This document shows, in pieces, positions 28,570 through 38,837 of a stretch of DNA of 64,000 nucleotides. The number at the start of each line of letters is the position of its first letter. The stretch's first letter is position 1. Source of the DNA: an uncultured beta proteobacterium (GTDB lineage Bacteria > Pseudomonadota > Gammaproteobacteria > Burkholderiales > Casimicrobiaceae); NCBI GenBank assembly GCA_963783525.1, contig CAWAOF010000033.1, forward strand, positions 309,624-373,623. Direction: 5' to 3'. The notes under the pieces were generated by a model. That model ran no database searches. It saw nothing but the letters and a program-made list of their open reading frames with translations, and was not told the DNA's origin. Position numbers and translations under genes: made by a program.

Positions 28570-29850
28570 CCGCAAGTTCGGCTTCGACACGCTCTGCCTG
28601 CACGCCGGCCAGATCCCGGATGCGGCGACCGGCGCGCGCGCGCTGCCGATCTACCAGACGACGTCGTTCGTGTTCGACAGCGCGGACCACGCGGCCAGCC
28701 TGTTCAACCTGCAGACCTTCGGCAATGTCTACTCGCGGATCTCGAACCCGACGGTCGCCGCGCTGGAGGAGCGCATCGCGGCGCTCGAAGGCGGGCGCGC
28801 CGCGCTGGCGGCCGCGACCGGGATGGCCGCGCAGATGGTCGCGCTGCTCACGCTCTGCCGCGCCGGCGACCACATCGTCGCCGCGCGCACGCTCTACGGC
28901 GGCACCTATTCGCAGCTCGCGGTCACCTTCGCGCAGTTCGGCATCGAGGCGACCTTCGTCGACGCCGACGACCCGGAGGCTTTCCGGCGCGCGCTCACGC
29001 CGCGCACGAAGGCGGTCTACGCGGAGACGATCGGCAACCCGCAGCTCAACGTCTGCGACATCGCGGCGCTCGCCGGCATCGCGCACGGCGCCGGCGTGCC
29101 GCTCGTCATCGACAATACGCTCGCTTCGCCTTATCTCTGCCGTCCCTTCGAGCACGGCGCCGACATCGTCATCCACTCGGTGACGAAGTACCTCGGCGGC
29201 CACGGCACGACGATGGGCGGCATCGTCGTCGAATCGGGCCGGTTCCCGTGGGACAACGGCAACTTTCCGCAGATGACCGAGCCCTCGCGCGGCTACCACG
29301 GCGTGCGCTTCTTCGAGACCTTCGGCGACTTCGGCTTCACGATGAAGGCGCGGATGGAGACGATGCGCACGCTGGGCCCCACGCTCGCCCCGCTGTCGGC
29401 GTTCCTGCTGTTGCAGGGCATCGAGACGCTGCATCTGCGGATGCCGCGCCATTGCGAGTCGGCGCTCGCCGTCGCGCGCCACCTCGCCGCGCATCCCGCC
29501 GTCGACTGGGTCAACTACCCGCTGCTGCCCGGGCAACCGGTACGAAGCGCTGGCGCCGGCGCTACCTGCCGCACGGCGCCGGCGGCATCCTGACCTTCGG
29601 CGTGCGCGGCGGCGCCGCGGCGGGCGAGCGCCTGATCGAGGCCGTGCAGTTCCTTTCGCACCTCGCGAACGTCGGCGACGCGAAGACGCTGATCATTCAC
29701 CCGGCGTCGACGACGCACCGGCAGCTGTCCGACGACGAGCAGCGCGCCGCCGGCGTCACGCCGGAGATGATCCGGCTGTCGGTGGGGCTCGAGACGCTCG
29801 ACGATATACTCTGGGACCTCGATCAGGCGTTGGAGAAATCGCAGCGATGA
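28562..29850 (+). CDS. metY: O-acetylhomoserine aminocarboxypropyltransferase / sulfhydrylase, one frameshift near 29535
   Basis: ...[14 protein letters not shown]...[35 protein letters not shown]...[20 protein letters not shown]... (PLP-Lys region). The C-terminus is in the next frame: ...[54 protein letters not shown]. Confidence 0.85.
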
Positions 29851-29865
29851 TGCGCTATCGCCGCA

Positions 29866-30505
29866 GTGCCCTGGCCCTGGGCCGGTCTCTTCGTCGCCAT
29901 CGCGCTGGTCGGCCAGGAGCCGCTGCTCACGGCGCTCGGCACGAACCGTCGCTCGCGCAGACGGCCTACCGGATGCTCGTCGTGGACGATCGGCGCGACG
30001 TCGCTCGCGCTGATCCTGCTGCCGCCGCGACGGCCCGCCTACCTGCTCGGCGTTCCTCGTCTGCGCGGGGCTGATGGGCTGGGCGCTGTGGCTGCAGTAC
30101 GGCCTCGATCTCGAACCCTGTCCGCTGTGCGTGTTCCAGCGCATCGCCGTGATCGCGACCGGCGTCGTGTTCCTGATCGCGGCGATCCACAACCCGGGCC
30201 GGCTCGGCGCCGCGATCTACGCCGGACTGACCGTGCTCGTCTCGGGCATCGGCGCCGCGCTCGCCGCGTGGCACGTCTGGATCCAGGGGCAGCCGAAGGG
30301 CGCGGTCCCGGCGTGCGGCATGGGACTCAACTACATGCTGGAGACGCTGCCGCTCGACCGAGGTCATCTGCCAAGGTGCTGAAGGGCAGCGGCGAGTGCG
30401 CCGAGCAGGGCTGGCTACTGTTCTCGGCCTCGCGATCCCGTCGTGGACGTTCGTGTTCTTCGTCGCGATGATCGCGGCCGCGATGGCGCTGGTCCGGCGC
30501 GACTG
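29866..30505 (+). CDS. dsbB: disulfide bond formation protein B, at least 3 frameshifts
   Basis: Core in ORF 30074..30382: ...[34 protein letters not shown]...[30 protein letters not shown]. The N-terminal TM and C-terminal TM (...[30 protein letters not shown]) lie in other frames. Confidence 0.7.
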
Positions 30506-30542
30506 ACCGGCCGCCGCGCCGGGGCCGACGCGATTCCCCGGT

Positions 30543-31310
30543 CTACTTCGGCGCCATCCGGATCGCGCCGTCGAGCCGGATCACCTCGCCGTTCAGCATC
30601 ACGTTCTGCACGATCTCGCGCACCAGCGATGCGAACTCGGAAGGTCGGCCGAGGCGCGGCGGGAACGGCACCATCTTGCCGAGCGACTCGGCGATGTCGG
30701 GCGGGACCTGGCCGACCATCGGCGTCTCGAAGATGCCCGGTGCGATCGTCATCACGCGGATGCCGTTCCGCGCGAGGTCGCGCGCCATCGGCAGCGTCAT
30801 GCCGGCGACGCCGGCCTTCGACGCGCTGTACGCCGCCTGCCCGATCTGGCCGTCGAACGCCGCCACCGACGCGGTGTTGACGATCACGCCGCGCTCGCCC
30901 TCGGCGTTGGGCGCGTTGCCCGCCATCGCCGCCGCCGCGAGCCGCGCGACGTTGAACGTGCCGATCAGGTTGATGTTGATCGTGCGCACGAAACCGGCGA
31001 GCGAGTGCGGGCCCTCCTTGCCGACGACCTTCTCGCCGTAGACGATGCCGGCGCAGTTGACGAGCCCGTCGACGCGGCCGAAGCCGTCGACCGCGGCGGC
31101 CACCGCCGCCTTCGCGCTCGCCTCGTCGGTGACGTCGGTGCGCACGAAGCGCGCGCCGCCGCCGAGCTCCTTCGCGAGCGCCTGCCCCTCGTCCTCCTTC
31201 AGGTCGGCGATCACCGCGTTGCCGCCGGCGTCGACGATCATCCGCACCGTCGCCGCGCCCAGTCCCGACGCGCCGCCGGTGACGATGAATGTGCTTCCTT
31301 TCAGCTGCAT
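30543..31310 (-). CDS. SDR-family 3-hydroxyacyl-CoA dehydrogenase (3-hydroxy-2-methylbutyryl-CoA dehydrogenase-like)
   Basis: 255 aa, with [12 protein letters not shown] and YSASKAG motifs. Architecture typical of HSD17B10/FadB2x-type SDRs. Confidence 0.8.
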   Translation of the reverse strand: MQLKGSTFIVTGGASGLGAATVRMIVDAGGNAVIADLKEDEGQALAKELGGGARFVRTDVTDEASAKAAVAAAVDGFGRVDGLVNCAGIVYGEKVVGKEGPHSLAGFVRTININLIGTFNVARLAAAAMAGNAPNAEGERGVIVNTASVAAFDGQIGQAAYSASKAGVAGMTLPMARDLARNGIRVMTIAPGIFETPMVGQVPPDIAESLGKMVPFPPRLGRPSEFASLVREIVQNVMLNGEVIRLDGAIRMAPK

Positions 31311-31323
31311 ATTCCGCTCCTCG

Positions 31324-32263
31324 TCATTTCGCTTGTGCCTTGAACACCGTCATCGCCGTCGTGATCAGCCCCGCCAGGTCGGCGAGGTTCGCCGGCACGA
31401 TCACCGTGTTGTTGGTCTTGGCGATGTTGGCGAAGGCGTTGACGTACTGCTCCGCGACCTTGAGGTTCACCGCCTGCAAGCCCGCCGGGCGATTCGATCG
31501 CCTCGGCGACCTGGCGGATCGCCTTCGCGTTCGCCTCGGCGATCGCGAGCAGCGCGGCGGCGTGCCCCTGCGCCTGGTTGATCTCGGCCTGCTTCTCGCC
31601 TTCGGACTTGGCGATGGCCGCCGCGCGCGCGCCGTTCGCGAGGTTGATCTGCTCCTGCTGCTTGCCCTCCGAGGTCGCGATCACCGCGCGCTTCTCGCGC
31701 TCGGCGGTGATCTGCGCCTGCATCGCGTGCAGGATCTCCTTCGGCGGCGTCAGGTCCTTGATCTCGTAGCGCAGCACCTTGACGCCCCAGTTCGCCGCCG
31801 CCTGGTCGAGGGCGGTGACGACGATGCCGTTGATGTGCTCGCGCTCCTCGAACGTGCGGTCGAGCTCCATCCGGCCGATCACGCTGCGCAGCGTGGTCTG
31901 CGCGAGCTGGGTGATCGCCACCTGGAAGTTGCTCGAGCCGTACGACGCGAGCTTCGGGTCGGTCACCTGAAAATAGAGGATGCCGTCGACCTGCAGCTGC
32001 GTGTTGTCCTTGGTGATGCAGATCTGGCTCGGCACGTCGAACGGGATCTCGCGCAGGTCGTGCCGGTAGGCGACGCGGTCGACGAACGGGATGACGAAAT
32101 TGAGTCCCGGCTGCAGCACGGCGTAGAAGCGCCCGAGCCGCTCGACGACCAGCGCGTGCTGCTGCGGCACGACGCGGATCGCCCGCACGATGACGATGAC
32201 CGCGACGACGAACAGCGCGATCGTGAACAACGAAGAACCGAACCACATGGCGAATGCCTCCAT
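31324..32263 (-). CDS. SPFH/band-7 (stomatin/QmcA-like) membrane protein, one frameshift near 31480
   Basis: [64 protein letters not shown]...[26 protein letters not shown].... The C-terminus ...[22 protein letters not shown]...VFKAQAK* is in the next frame. Confidence 0.8.
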
Positions 32264-32301
32264 CGCTGATTCGTACCGCAGCGAACGCGTCCACCGCCGG
32301 A

Positions 32302-32728
32302 TCAGGCGGACGGGCGGCGATCGGACAGCACGAGCACCGAGCCGCGCGTGGCGACGATATAGAGCGTGTCGGCGCGCGGCACGTCGGGCGACGCGAGCTC
32401 GGCGTCCCAGGTCGTGCCGCGGTAGGCGACGCGCGCGGTGCCGTCGGCGTTCCAGGTCTCGCACGTGGACCGCCTGTCCGACGTCGAGCGACGGCTGCGG
32501 CGGCGGCGACGCGTGCGCGAGGCGCCAGCGGTGCGCGGCGATCGTCAGCGCCACGCCGAGCACGCCCGCCACCGCGAACTGCACCGGCAGGCCCGCCCCC
32601 AGCCAGGCGGCGACGCCACCCAGCGCGACGGCGATGCCGATGGCGAGCAGGTAGAACGTCCCGGTCACGAGCTCGGCGCCGATGATGCGCGGCGGCGGCA
32701 ATCCACCAGATCCAGTGCACGCTCATCG
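32302..32728 (-). CDS. NfeD-family membrane protein (YbbJ-like, partner of SPFH protein), frameshifted
   Basis: N-terminal TM region MSVHWIWWIAAA / ...IIGAELVTGTFYLLAIGIAVALGGVAAWLGAGLPVQFAVAGVLGVALTIAAHRW. The C-terminal OB-fold was read by manual translation: ...VAYRGTTWDAELASPDVPRADTLYIVATRGSVLVLSDRRPSA*. Confidence 0.6.
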
Positions 32729-32841
32729 CCCCGCCCGTCTCCCCGGCCTGCGACGGGCACAAGCATAAGCCACTTTGCACGCGCCGCGTTGTGTCACCAT
32801 CCTGGCCGGACGGTGCTCGCGCGGCGCCGTTGCCGTGCCGC

Positions 32842-32869
32842 TGGACACAGGCGCGCTTTCGGGTATAAT
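32842..32869 (+). promoter_or_regulatory. near-consensus sigma70 promoter TGGACA-N16-TATAAT upstream of fmdB-DUF502-aspS
   Basis: -35 tggaca at 32842-32847 and -10 tataat at 32864-32869, about 57 nt upstream of the fmdB ATG. An AGCGC-tttc-GCGCT hairpin lies in the 5' UTR. Confidence 0.45.
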
Positions 32870-32925
32870 ATTCCTTTTTTAATCAAGCGCTTTCGCGCTG
32901 CCCGGTCACAACCGACGGAGTGATC

Positions 32926-33197
32926 ATGCCGATCTACGAATACCGTTGCTCGTCCTGCGGCCACGAACTCGAGGCGCTGCAGAAGCTTCAGCGACGCGCC
33001 GCTCACCGACCTGTCCTTCCTGCAACGCCGCCACGCTGGTCAAGCTCGTCTCGGCCGCCGGCTTCCAGCTCAAGGGCAGCGGCTGGTACGTCACCGACTT
33101 CAAGGGCGGCGGCAGCAAGCCGGCGGCGACAAGGAGGGCGGCGCCGGCGCCAGGCCGACGCCAAATCCGAGGCGAAGAGCAAGCGAGCCGAGCGTGA
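32926..33197 (+). CDS. FmdB-family zinc-ribbon protein, frameshifted
   Basis: MPIYEYRCSSCGHELEALQKL then ...CPSCNAATLVKLVSAAGFQLKGSGWYVTDFKGGGSKPAAT (second CxxC) in the next frame. Confidence 0.65.
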
Positions 33198-33306
33198 CCA
33201 AGGCCGAAACCAAGACGGAAGGCGCGAGCACCGCGACACCGGCCCGTCCTCCGGGAACCGGAGCGCCCCCTGCCTCCAGCGTGACGCACTGCCGCCAGCC
33301 CGAGCG

Positions 33307-33975
33307 ATGAAGCGCTACGTCATCGCGGGGCTGCTCGTCTGGGTGCCGCTCGGCATCACGATCTGGGTGCTGCATTTGCTGGTGACCACGCTCGACCAGA
33401 CGCTGCTGCTCGTTCCCGAGCGATCCCGTCCGGCAGGCGCTCTTCGGCTTCCACGTTCCCGGGCTCGGCGTCGTGCTGAGCTTCGTCGATCCTGCTCGTC
33501 ACCGGCGTCATCGCCGCCAATTTCTTCGGCCAGCGGCTGATCGGATCTGGGAGGGCATCCTCGGGCGCATCCCCTTCGTCAAGTCGATCTACTCGTCGGT
33601 CAAGCAGGTCAGCGACACCATCCTCTCCGACCAGGGCACGGCGTTTCGCAAGGCGCTGCTGGTCGAGTTCCCGCGTCCCGGTTGCTGGACCATCGCGTTC
33701 CTGACCGGCACGCCGTCGGCCGACCGGTCGCCGACCATCTGCGCGGCGAGCACGTCAGCGTCTACGTGCCGACGACGCCGAACCCCACCGGGGGCTACTT
33801 CGTCATGGTGCCGAAGGAGAGCGTCCGCGAGCTCGACATGTCGGTCGACGAGGCGCTCAAGTACATCATCTCGATGGGCGTCGTTTCGCCGCGCCGCCGG
33901 CGCCCGCCCGCATGCGGCGCACCCGGCAGCGCGCCGCGTCTCCCGCCGGCGCCCGCCGCAGAGCCCCGAAATTGA
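33307..33975 (+). CDS. DUF502-family membrane protein (conserved upstream of aspS), about 3 frameshifts; 3' end uncertain
   Basis: MKRYVIAGLLVWVPLGITIWVLHLLVTTLDQTLLLVP... / ...IWEGILGRIPFVKSIYSSVKQVSDTILSDQGTAFRKALLVEFPRPGCWTIAFLTG / ...HVSVYVPTTPNPTGGYFVMVPKESVRELDMSVDEALKYIISMGVV. Confidence 0.65.
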
Positions 33976-34088
33976 AGCGGCTGCCGCCGCCGCGCCGCCG
34001 CGCCATCGCGCGCGGCGCGCGCCGATGCGGTCCGCACCGACCCGACACCCCCCGACCGATTCCTACCGCAACACCGCTGGAGAATGCC

Positions 34089-35886
34089 TTGAAGCGCACC
34101 GATTACTGCGGCCGCATCGACCGCCGCTACCTCGCCCAGACCGTGACGCTGATGGGCTGGGTGCACCGCCGCCGCGACCACGGCGGCGTCATCTTCGTCG
34201 ACCTGCGCGACCGCGAGGGCCTCGTGCAGATCGTCTTCAATCCGGACCGGGTCGCGACCTTCGCGGTCGCCGAGACGCTGCGCAACGAGTTCGTGATCCG
34301 CGTGACGGGACTCGTGCGGTCCCGCCCCGAGGGCGGCAACAATCCGAACCTGTTCTCCGGCGAGATCGAGGTGCTGGCGCACGATATCGAGATCCTGAAC
34401 GCGGCGCAGACGCCGCCGTTCCAGCTCGACGACGAGAACCTCTCCGAGACGGTGCGCCTGCAGCACCGGGTCATCGACCTGCGCCGGCTGCCGATGCAGA
34501 AGAACCTGATGCTGCGCCACCGCGCGGCGATGGCCGCGCGCCGGTACCTCGACGCCCACGGGCTTCATCGACGTCGAGACGCCGGTGCTCTACAAGTCGA
34601 CGCCCGAGGGCGCGCGCGAGTTCCTCGTTCCGTCGCGGATCCATCACGGGATGTTCTACGCGCTGCCGCAGTCGCCGCAGCTCTTCAAGCAGATGCTGAT
34701 GATGGCGGGCTTCGACCGCTACTACCAGATCGTCAAGTGCTTTCGCGACGAGGACCTGCGCGCCGACCGCCAGCCCGAGTTCACGCAGATCGACATCGAG
34801 ACGTCGTTCCTGGACGAGCTCGAGATCCGCGAGCTCATGGAGGGCCTCGTCCGCGCGATGTTCCGGGACACGCTGGGCGTCGAGCTCCCCGAGCCGTTCC
34901 CGGTGATGCAGTTCGCCGACGCGATGCGCGACTACGGATCGGACAAGCCGGACCTGCGCGTGCCGCTCAAGCTCACCGAGCTCACCGACGTCATGAAGAC
35001 CGTCGACTTCAAGGTGTTCCGCGCGGCGGCCGAGCTGCCGAACGGACGCGTGGCGGCGCTGCGCGTGCCCGGCGGCGGCACGCTGACGCGCAAGGAGATC
35101 GACGACTACACGGCGTTCGCCAAGATCTACGGCGCCGGCGGCCTCGCCTACATCAAGGTCAACGACGCGGCAGAAGCCGAACGAGGAGGGCCTGCAGTCG
35201 CCGATCGTCAAGTTCCTCTCGCGCGGCGGCGCTCGGCGCGATCCTCGAGCGCACCGGCGCGCAGACCGGCGACCTCATCTTCTTCAGCGCCGACCGCGAG
35301 AAGGTCGTCAACGACGCGCTGGGCGCGCTGCGGACGAAGATCGGCCACGACCGCGGACTCGCCGAGCCCGGCTGGAAGCCGCTGTGGGTCGTCGACTTCC
35401 CGATGTTCGAGTTCGACGAGGAGAAGAAGACCTGGGGCGCGCGGCATCATCCGTTCACCGCGCCGAAGGACGGCCACGAGAACCTGTTCGAGACGGATCC
35501 CGGGAAGCGCCCTCGCCAAGGCCTACGACGTCGTGCTGAACGGCTGGGAGATCGGCGGCGGCTCGGTGCGCATCCACAAGCCGGACGTGCAGGCGAAGGT
35601 GTTCGCCGCGCTCAAGATCAGCGCCGAGGACCAGCGGAAGAAGTTCGGCTTCCTGCTCGATGCGCTGTCGTACGGCGCGCCGCCGCATGGCGGCATCGCG
35701 TTCGGCTTCGACCGGCTCGTCGCGATGATGGCGGGCGTCGACCAGATCCGCGACGTGATCGCGTTCCCCAAGACGCAACGCGGACAGGACCTGCTCGTCG
35801 ACGCGCCGAGCGCGGTCACCGAGGAGCAGTTGCGCGACCTGCACATCCGGGTGCGGTCGCGCGATGCGGGCAAGGCCGCGACCTGA
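34089..35886 (+). CDS. aspS: aspartate--tRNA ligase, at least 3 frameshifts (homopolymer indels, e.g. GGG at about 34560)
   Basis: (TTG start) [52 protein letters not shown].... Class II motifs follow: ...FREFLVPSR...[52 protein letters not shown].... Ends ...GGGSVRIH...[34 protein letters not shown]. Confidence 0.9.
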
Positions 35887-35943
35887 CGGCGACGGCCGGA
35901 CGCGGGCGGATCCGTCGATGACCTGGCCTGGCGGTCGCGAGGC

Positions 35944-36338
35944 GTGCCGCGACGATCAGTCGGCATCGCGGCACGCGGGCTCCTGCTGGCGCTGTGCTGT
36001 CTCGCCGGTGTCGCCGCCGCCGCGTACGCGCGCACGTCGCCGGAGGCGATGGCCGAGATCGCGCTCGCCGATCTGCCGCGCGGAAGCGCAGGAGGTCTAC
36101 GCGCTGATCCGCAACGGCGGTCCCGTTCCGACTACGACCGCGACGGCGTCGTGTTCGGCAACCGGGAACGGCTCCTTCCGGCCAAGCCGCGGGCGTACTA
36201 TCACGAGTACACGGTCCGCACGCCGGGCGTGAAGAACCGCGGCGCGCGACGGCTGGTCTGCGGCGGCCCGTCAGCGCACCCGACGTGTGCTATTACACCG
36301 ACGATCATTACCAGTCGTTCCGAAGGATACGCCAATGA
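35944..36338 (+). CDS. secreted barnase/RNase Sa-family ribonuclease, at least 2 frameshifts
   Basis: Signal peptide MPRRSVGIAARGLLLALCCLAGVAAAAYA. Then ...AEAQEVYALIRNGGP... / ...YDRDGVVFGNRERLLPAKPRAYYHEYTVRTPGVKNRGARRLVCGG / ...CYYTDDHYQSFRRIRQ*. The stop overlaps the barstar ATG (ATGA). Confidence 0.65.
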
Positions 36339-36724
36339 AGCTGCCTGATCTCCACGATCTGGAAATCGCCGGCGTTCACGCGTGGCACGGCGACACGCAC
36401 CCGCTCGCGGCGGCCGCGACGGCGGCGAAGCTGCGCTACCTCGCGATCGACCTCAAGGGAGTCAACAGCAAGGCCGAGCTGCTTGCAGCGCTGGCCAAGG
36501 GCCTGAAGCTCCCCGCGCACTTCGGCAACAACTGGGACGCGCTCGCCGATTCCGTCGAGGACGGCGAGTGGCTCGGCAAGACCGGCTGCGTGATCGCGCT
36601 CGCGCATTCGGGCCCCTACCGGAAAGCGCATGGCGTCGACTGGACGACGTTCGAGGACATCCTCGCCGAGGCGTCCGATTACTGGCGCGAGCGGCACAAG
36701 CCATTCTGGGTATTCGTCAGCTAG
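36335..36724 (+). CDS. barstar-family ribonuclease inhibitor
   Basis: MKLPDLHDLEIAGVHAWHGDTHPLAAAATAAKLRYLAIDLKGVNSKAELLAALAKGLKLPAHFGNNWDALADSVED... matches the barstar pattern (...LDL.GV..K.ELL..L...L.LP.YFG.NWDAL.D...). Confidence 0.75.
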   Translation: MKLPDLHDLEIAGVHAWHGDTHPLAAAATAAKLRYLAIDLKGVNSKAELLAALAKGLKLPAHFGNNWDALADSVEDGEWLGKTGCVIALAHSGPYRKAHGVDWTTFEDILAEASDYWRERHKPFWVFVS

Positions 36725-36751
36725 GGTCCGTGCGCAACGGCTCCTGAACCG

Positions 36752-37222
36752 CGTGCCGGCCAAGATCCCGGTTTCGACGCTCGTACTCGTGTACACGCCC
36801 GATCTTCGGGTGCTGCTGATCGAGCGCGCCGACGCCCGCGACTACTGGCAATCGGTGACGGGCAGCCAGGAGGCCGGCGAGACGCTCGCTCGCCACCGCG
36901 ACCCGCGAGCTGCTACGAGGAGACGGGCATCCGCGCCGAGACGTACGGCGGCTTGCGCGATTGGCAGATGTCGAACGTCTACGAGATCTATCCGCGCTGG
37001 CGTCATCGCTATGCGCCCGGCACGACGCACAACACGGAGCACGTGTTCGCGCTGGAAGTCCCCGCGCCCGTTCCGGTGCAACTCGACCCGCGCGAGCATC
37101 TCGCGCACCTGTGGCTGCCGTGGGACGAAGCAGCCGCGAAGTGCTTCTCGTGGTCGAACCGCGACGCGATCCGCCGCCTGCCGCAACGCGCCGGGTCCCG
37201 CGGTGCCGGTTGCCAGGGCTGA
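36752..37222 (+). CDS. NUDIX hydrolase (NudB/dihydroneopterin triphosphate pyrophosphatase-like), one frameshift near 36900
   Basis: (GTG) PAKIPVSTLVLVYTPDLRVLLIERADARDYWQSVTGSQEAGETLA then ...ELLEETGIRAE... (Nudix box) ...WQMSNVYEIYPRWRHRYAPGTTHNTEHVFALEV.... Confidence 0.65.
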   Translation, partial: RAGQDPGFDARTRVHARSSGAADRARRRPRLLAIGDGQPGGRRDARSPPRPASCYEETGIRAETYGGLRDWQMSNVYEIYPRWRHRYAPGTTHNTEHVFALEVPAPVPVQLDPREHLAHLWLPWDEAAAKCFSWSNRDAIRRLPQRAGSRGAGCQG

Positions 37223-37233
37223 CCCGCGATCGA

Positions 37234-38634
37234 TCAGCGCGGCGGCCCCACCATCAGCTCGGGCCGCACCCACGCGTCGAACTGTTCCTCCGTCACGTAG
37301 CCGAGGGCGAGCGCTGCCGCCTTGAGCGTGGTCCCCTCGCGGTGCGCCTTCTTCGCGATCTCGGCCGCCTTGTCGTAGCCGATGTGCGGATTGAGCGCGG
37401 TCACGAGCATCAGCGAGCGGCCGACGAGCTCGGCGATGCGGGCGCGATCGGGGAGAATGCCGCGCGCACAGTGCGCATCGAAGCTCGTCATCCCGTCGGC
37501 GAGCAGCCGAACGCTCTGCAACACGTTGTGGATCACGAGCGGCCGGTACACGTTGAGCTCGAAGTTGCCGGACGCGCCGCCGATTCCGACGGCGACGTCG
37601 TTGCCCATCACCTGCGCCGCGATCATCGTCAGCGCCTCGCACTGCGTCGGATTGACCTTGCCAGGCATGATCGAGCTGCCCGGCTCGTTCTCCGGGATCG
37701 TGATCTCGGCGAGCCCCGACCGCGGTCCGCTCGCCAGCCAGCGCACGTCGTTGGCGATCTTCGCCAGCACGACCGCCAGTCCCTTCAGCGCCGCGTGCAG
37801 GCTCACCAGCGCATCGCTGGCGGCGAGCGCCTCGAACTTGTTCGGTGCGCTCACGAAAGGAAGGCCGGTGTGGGAGGCGATTTCGGCGGCGACCCGCGCG
37901 GCGAATTCCGGATGCGTGTTGAGGCCGGTGCCGACCGCGGTGCCGCCGAGGGCGAGCTCGAGCACATGCGGAAGCGCGGCCTCGATGTGCGCGCGAGCGT
38001 GCGCAAGCTGCGCCACATAGCCGGAGAATTCCTGGCCCAGCGTCAGCGGCGTCGCATCCTGCAGGTGCGTGCGGCCGATCTTGACGATGTCGGCGAATGC
38101 CAGCGCCTTCGCATTCAACGTCGAACGCAGCGCCTCGAGCGCGGGCAGCAGTTCCCCGGTCACGGTCTGCGCGGCGGCGACATTCATCGCGGTCGGGAAC
38201 ACGTCGTTCGACGACTGACCGCGATTGACGTCGTCGTTCGGATGCACGAGCCGTGCCTCGCCACGCGGCCCGCCGAGGATTTCGGACGCGCGATTGGCGA
38301 GCACCTCGTTGACATTCATGTTGGTCTGCGTGCCGGACCCCGTCTGCCAGACGGCGAGCGGAAATTCGTCCGCGTGACGGCCGGCGAGCGCCTCGTCGGC
38401 AGCTCCCGCGATCGCCTCGGCCGTGCGGGCAGGAAGCAATCCCAGTCCGGCGTTGACCTGTGCCGCCGCGCGCTTGACGACGAGCAGCGCACGAATCAGC
38501 GCCTCCGGCATCTTCTCGGTCGAGATCCGGAAGTGTTGCAGCGAGCGCTGGGTCTGCGCGCCCCAGAGCCGGTCCGCGGGCACATCGATCGGACCGAACG
38601 TGTCGCGCTCGACGCGTGACGCCGGATTCGTCAT
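37234..38634 (-). CDS. fumC: fumarate hydratase class II
   Basis: ...[31 protein letters not shown]...[20 protein letters not shown]...[16 protein letters not shown].... Start MTNPASRV at 38634. Confidence 0.9.
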   Translation of the reverse strand: MTNPASRVERDTFGPIDVPADRLWGAQTQRSLQHFRISTEKMPEALIRALLVVKRAAAQVNAGLGLLPARTAEAIAGAADEALAGRHADEFPLAVWQTGSGTQTNMNVNEVLANRASEILGGPRGEARLVHPNDDVNRGQSSNDVFPTAMNVAAAQTVTGELLPALEALRSTLNAKALAFADIVKIGRTHLQDATPLTLGQEFSGYVAQLAHARAHIEAALPHVLELALGGTAVGTGLNTHPEFAARVAAEIASHTGLPFVSAPNKFEALAASDALVSLHAALKGLAVVLAKIANDVRWLASGPRSGLAEITIPENEPGSSIMPGKVNPTQCEALTMIAAQVMGNDVAVGIGGASGNFELNVYRPLVIHNVLQSVRLLADGMTSFDAHCARGILPDRARIAELVGRSLMLVTALNPHIGYDKAAEIAKKAHREGTTLKAAALALGYVTEEQFDAWVRPELMVGPPR

Positions 38635-38837
38635 GGCTTCGCTCCCGGTTGACTCGAAGGCGCTACTTTCGCACGTCGCCGGCCAGGAATGAACCCCGCC
38701 CGTCAAATCGGTCCGCGCGGGCACCTATGGCGGAAGCAACAGAGTCGGCCGTCCGCCCCGGTGCAACGGGATATGCGCATTGCGGTAGACTTCGAACGCT
38801 CCGCCGTCGGAGCTTCCTGCTTGCTCGAGGTGCTCAC

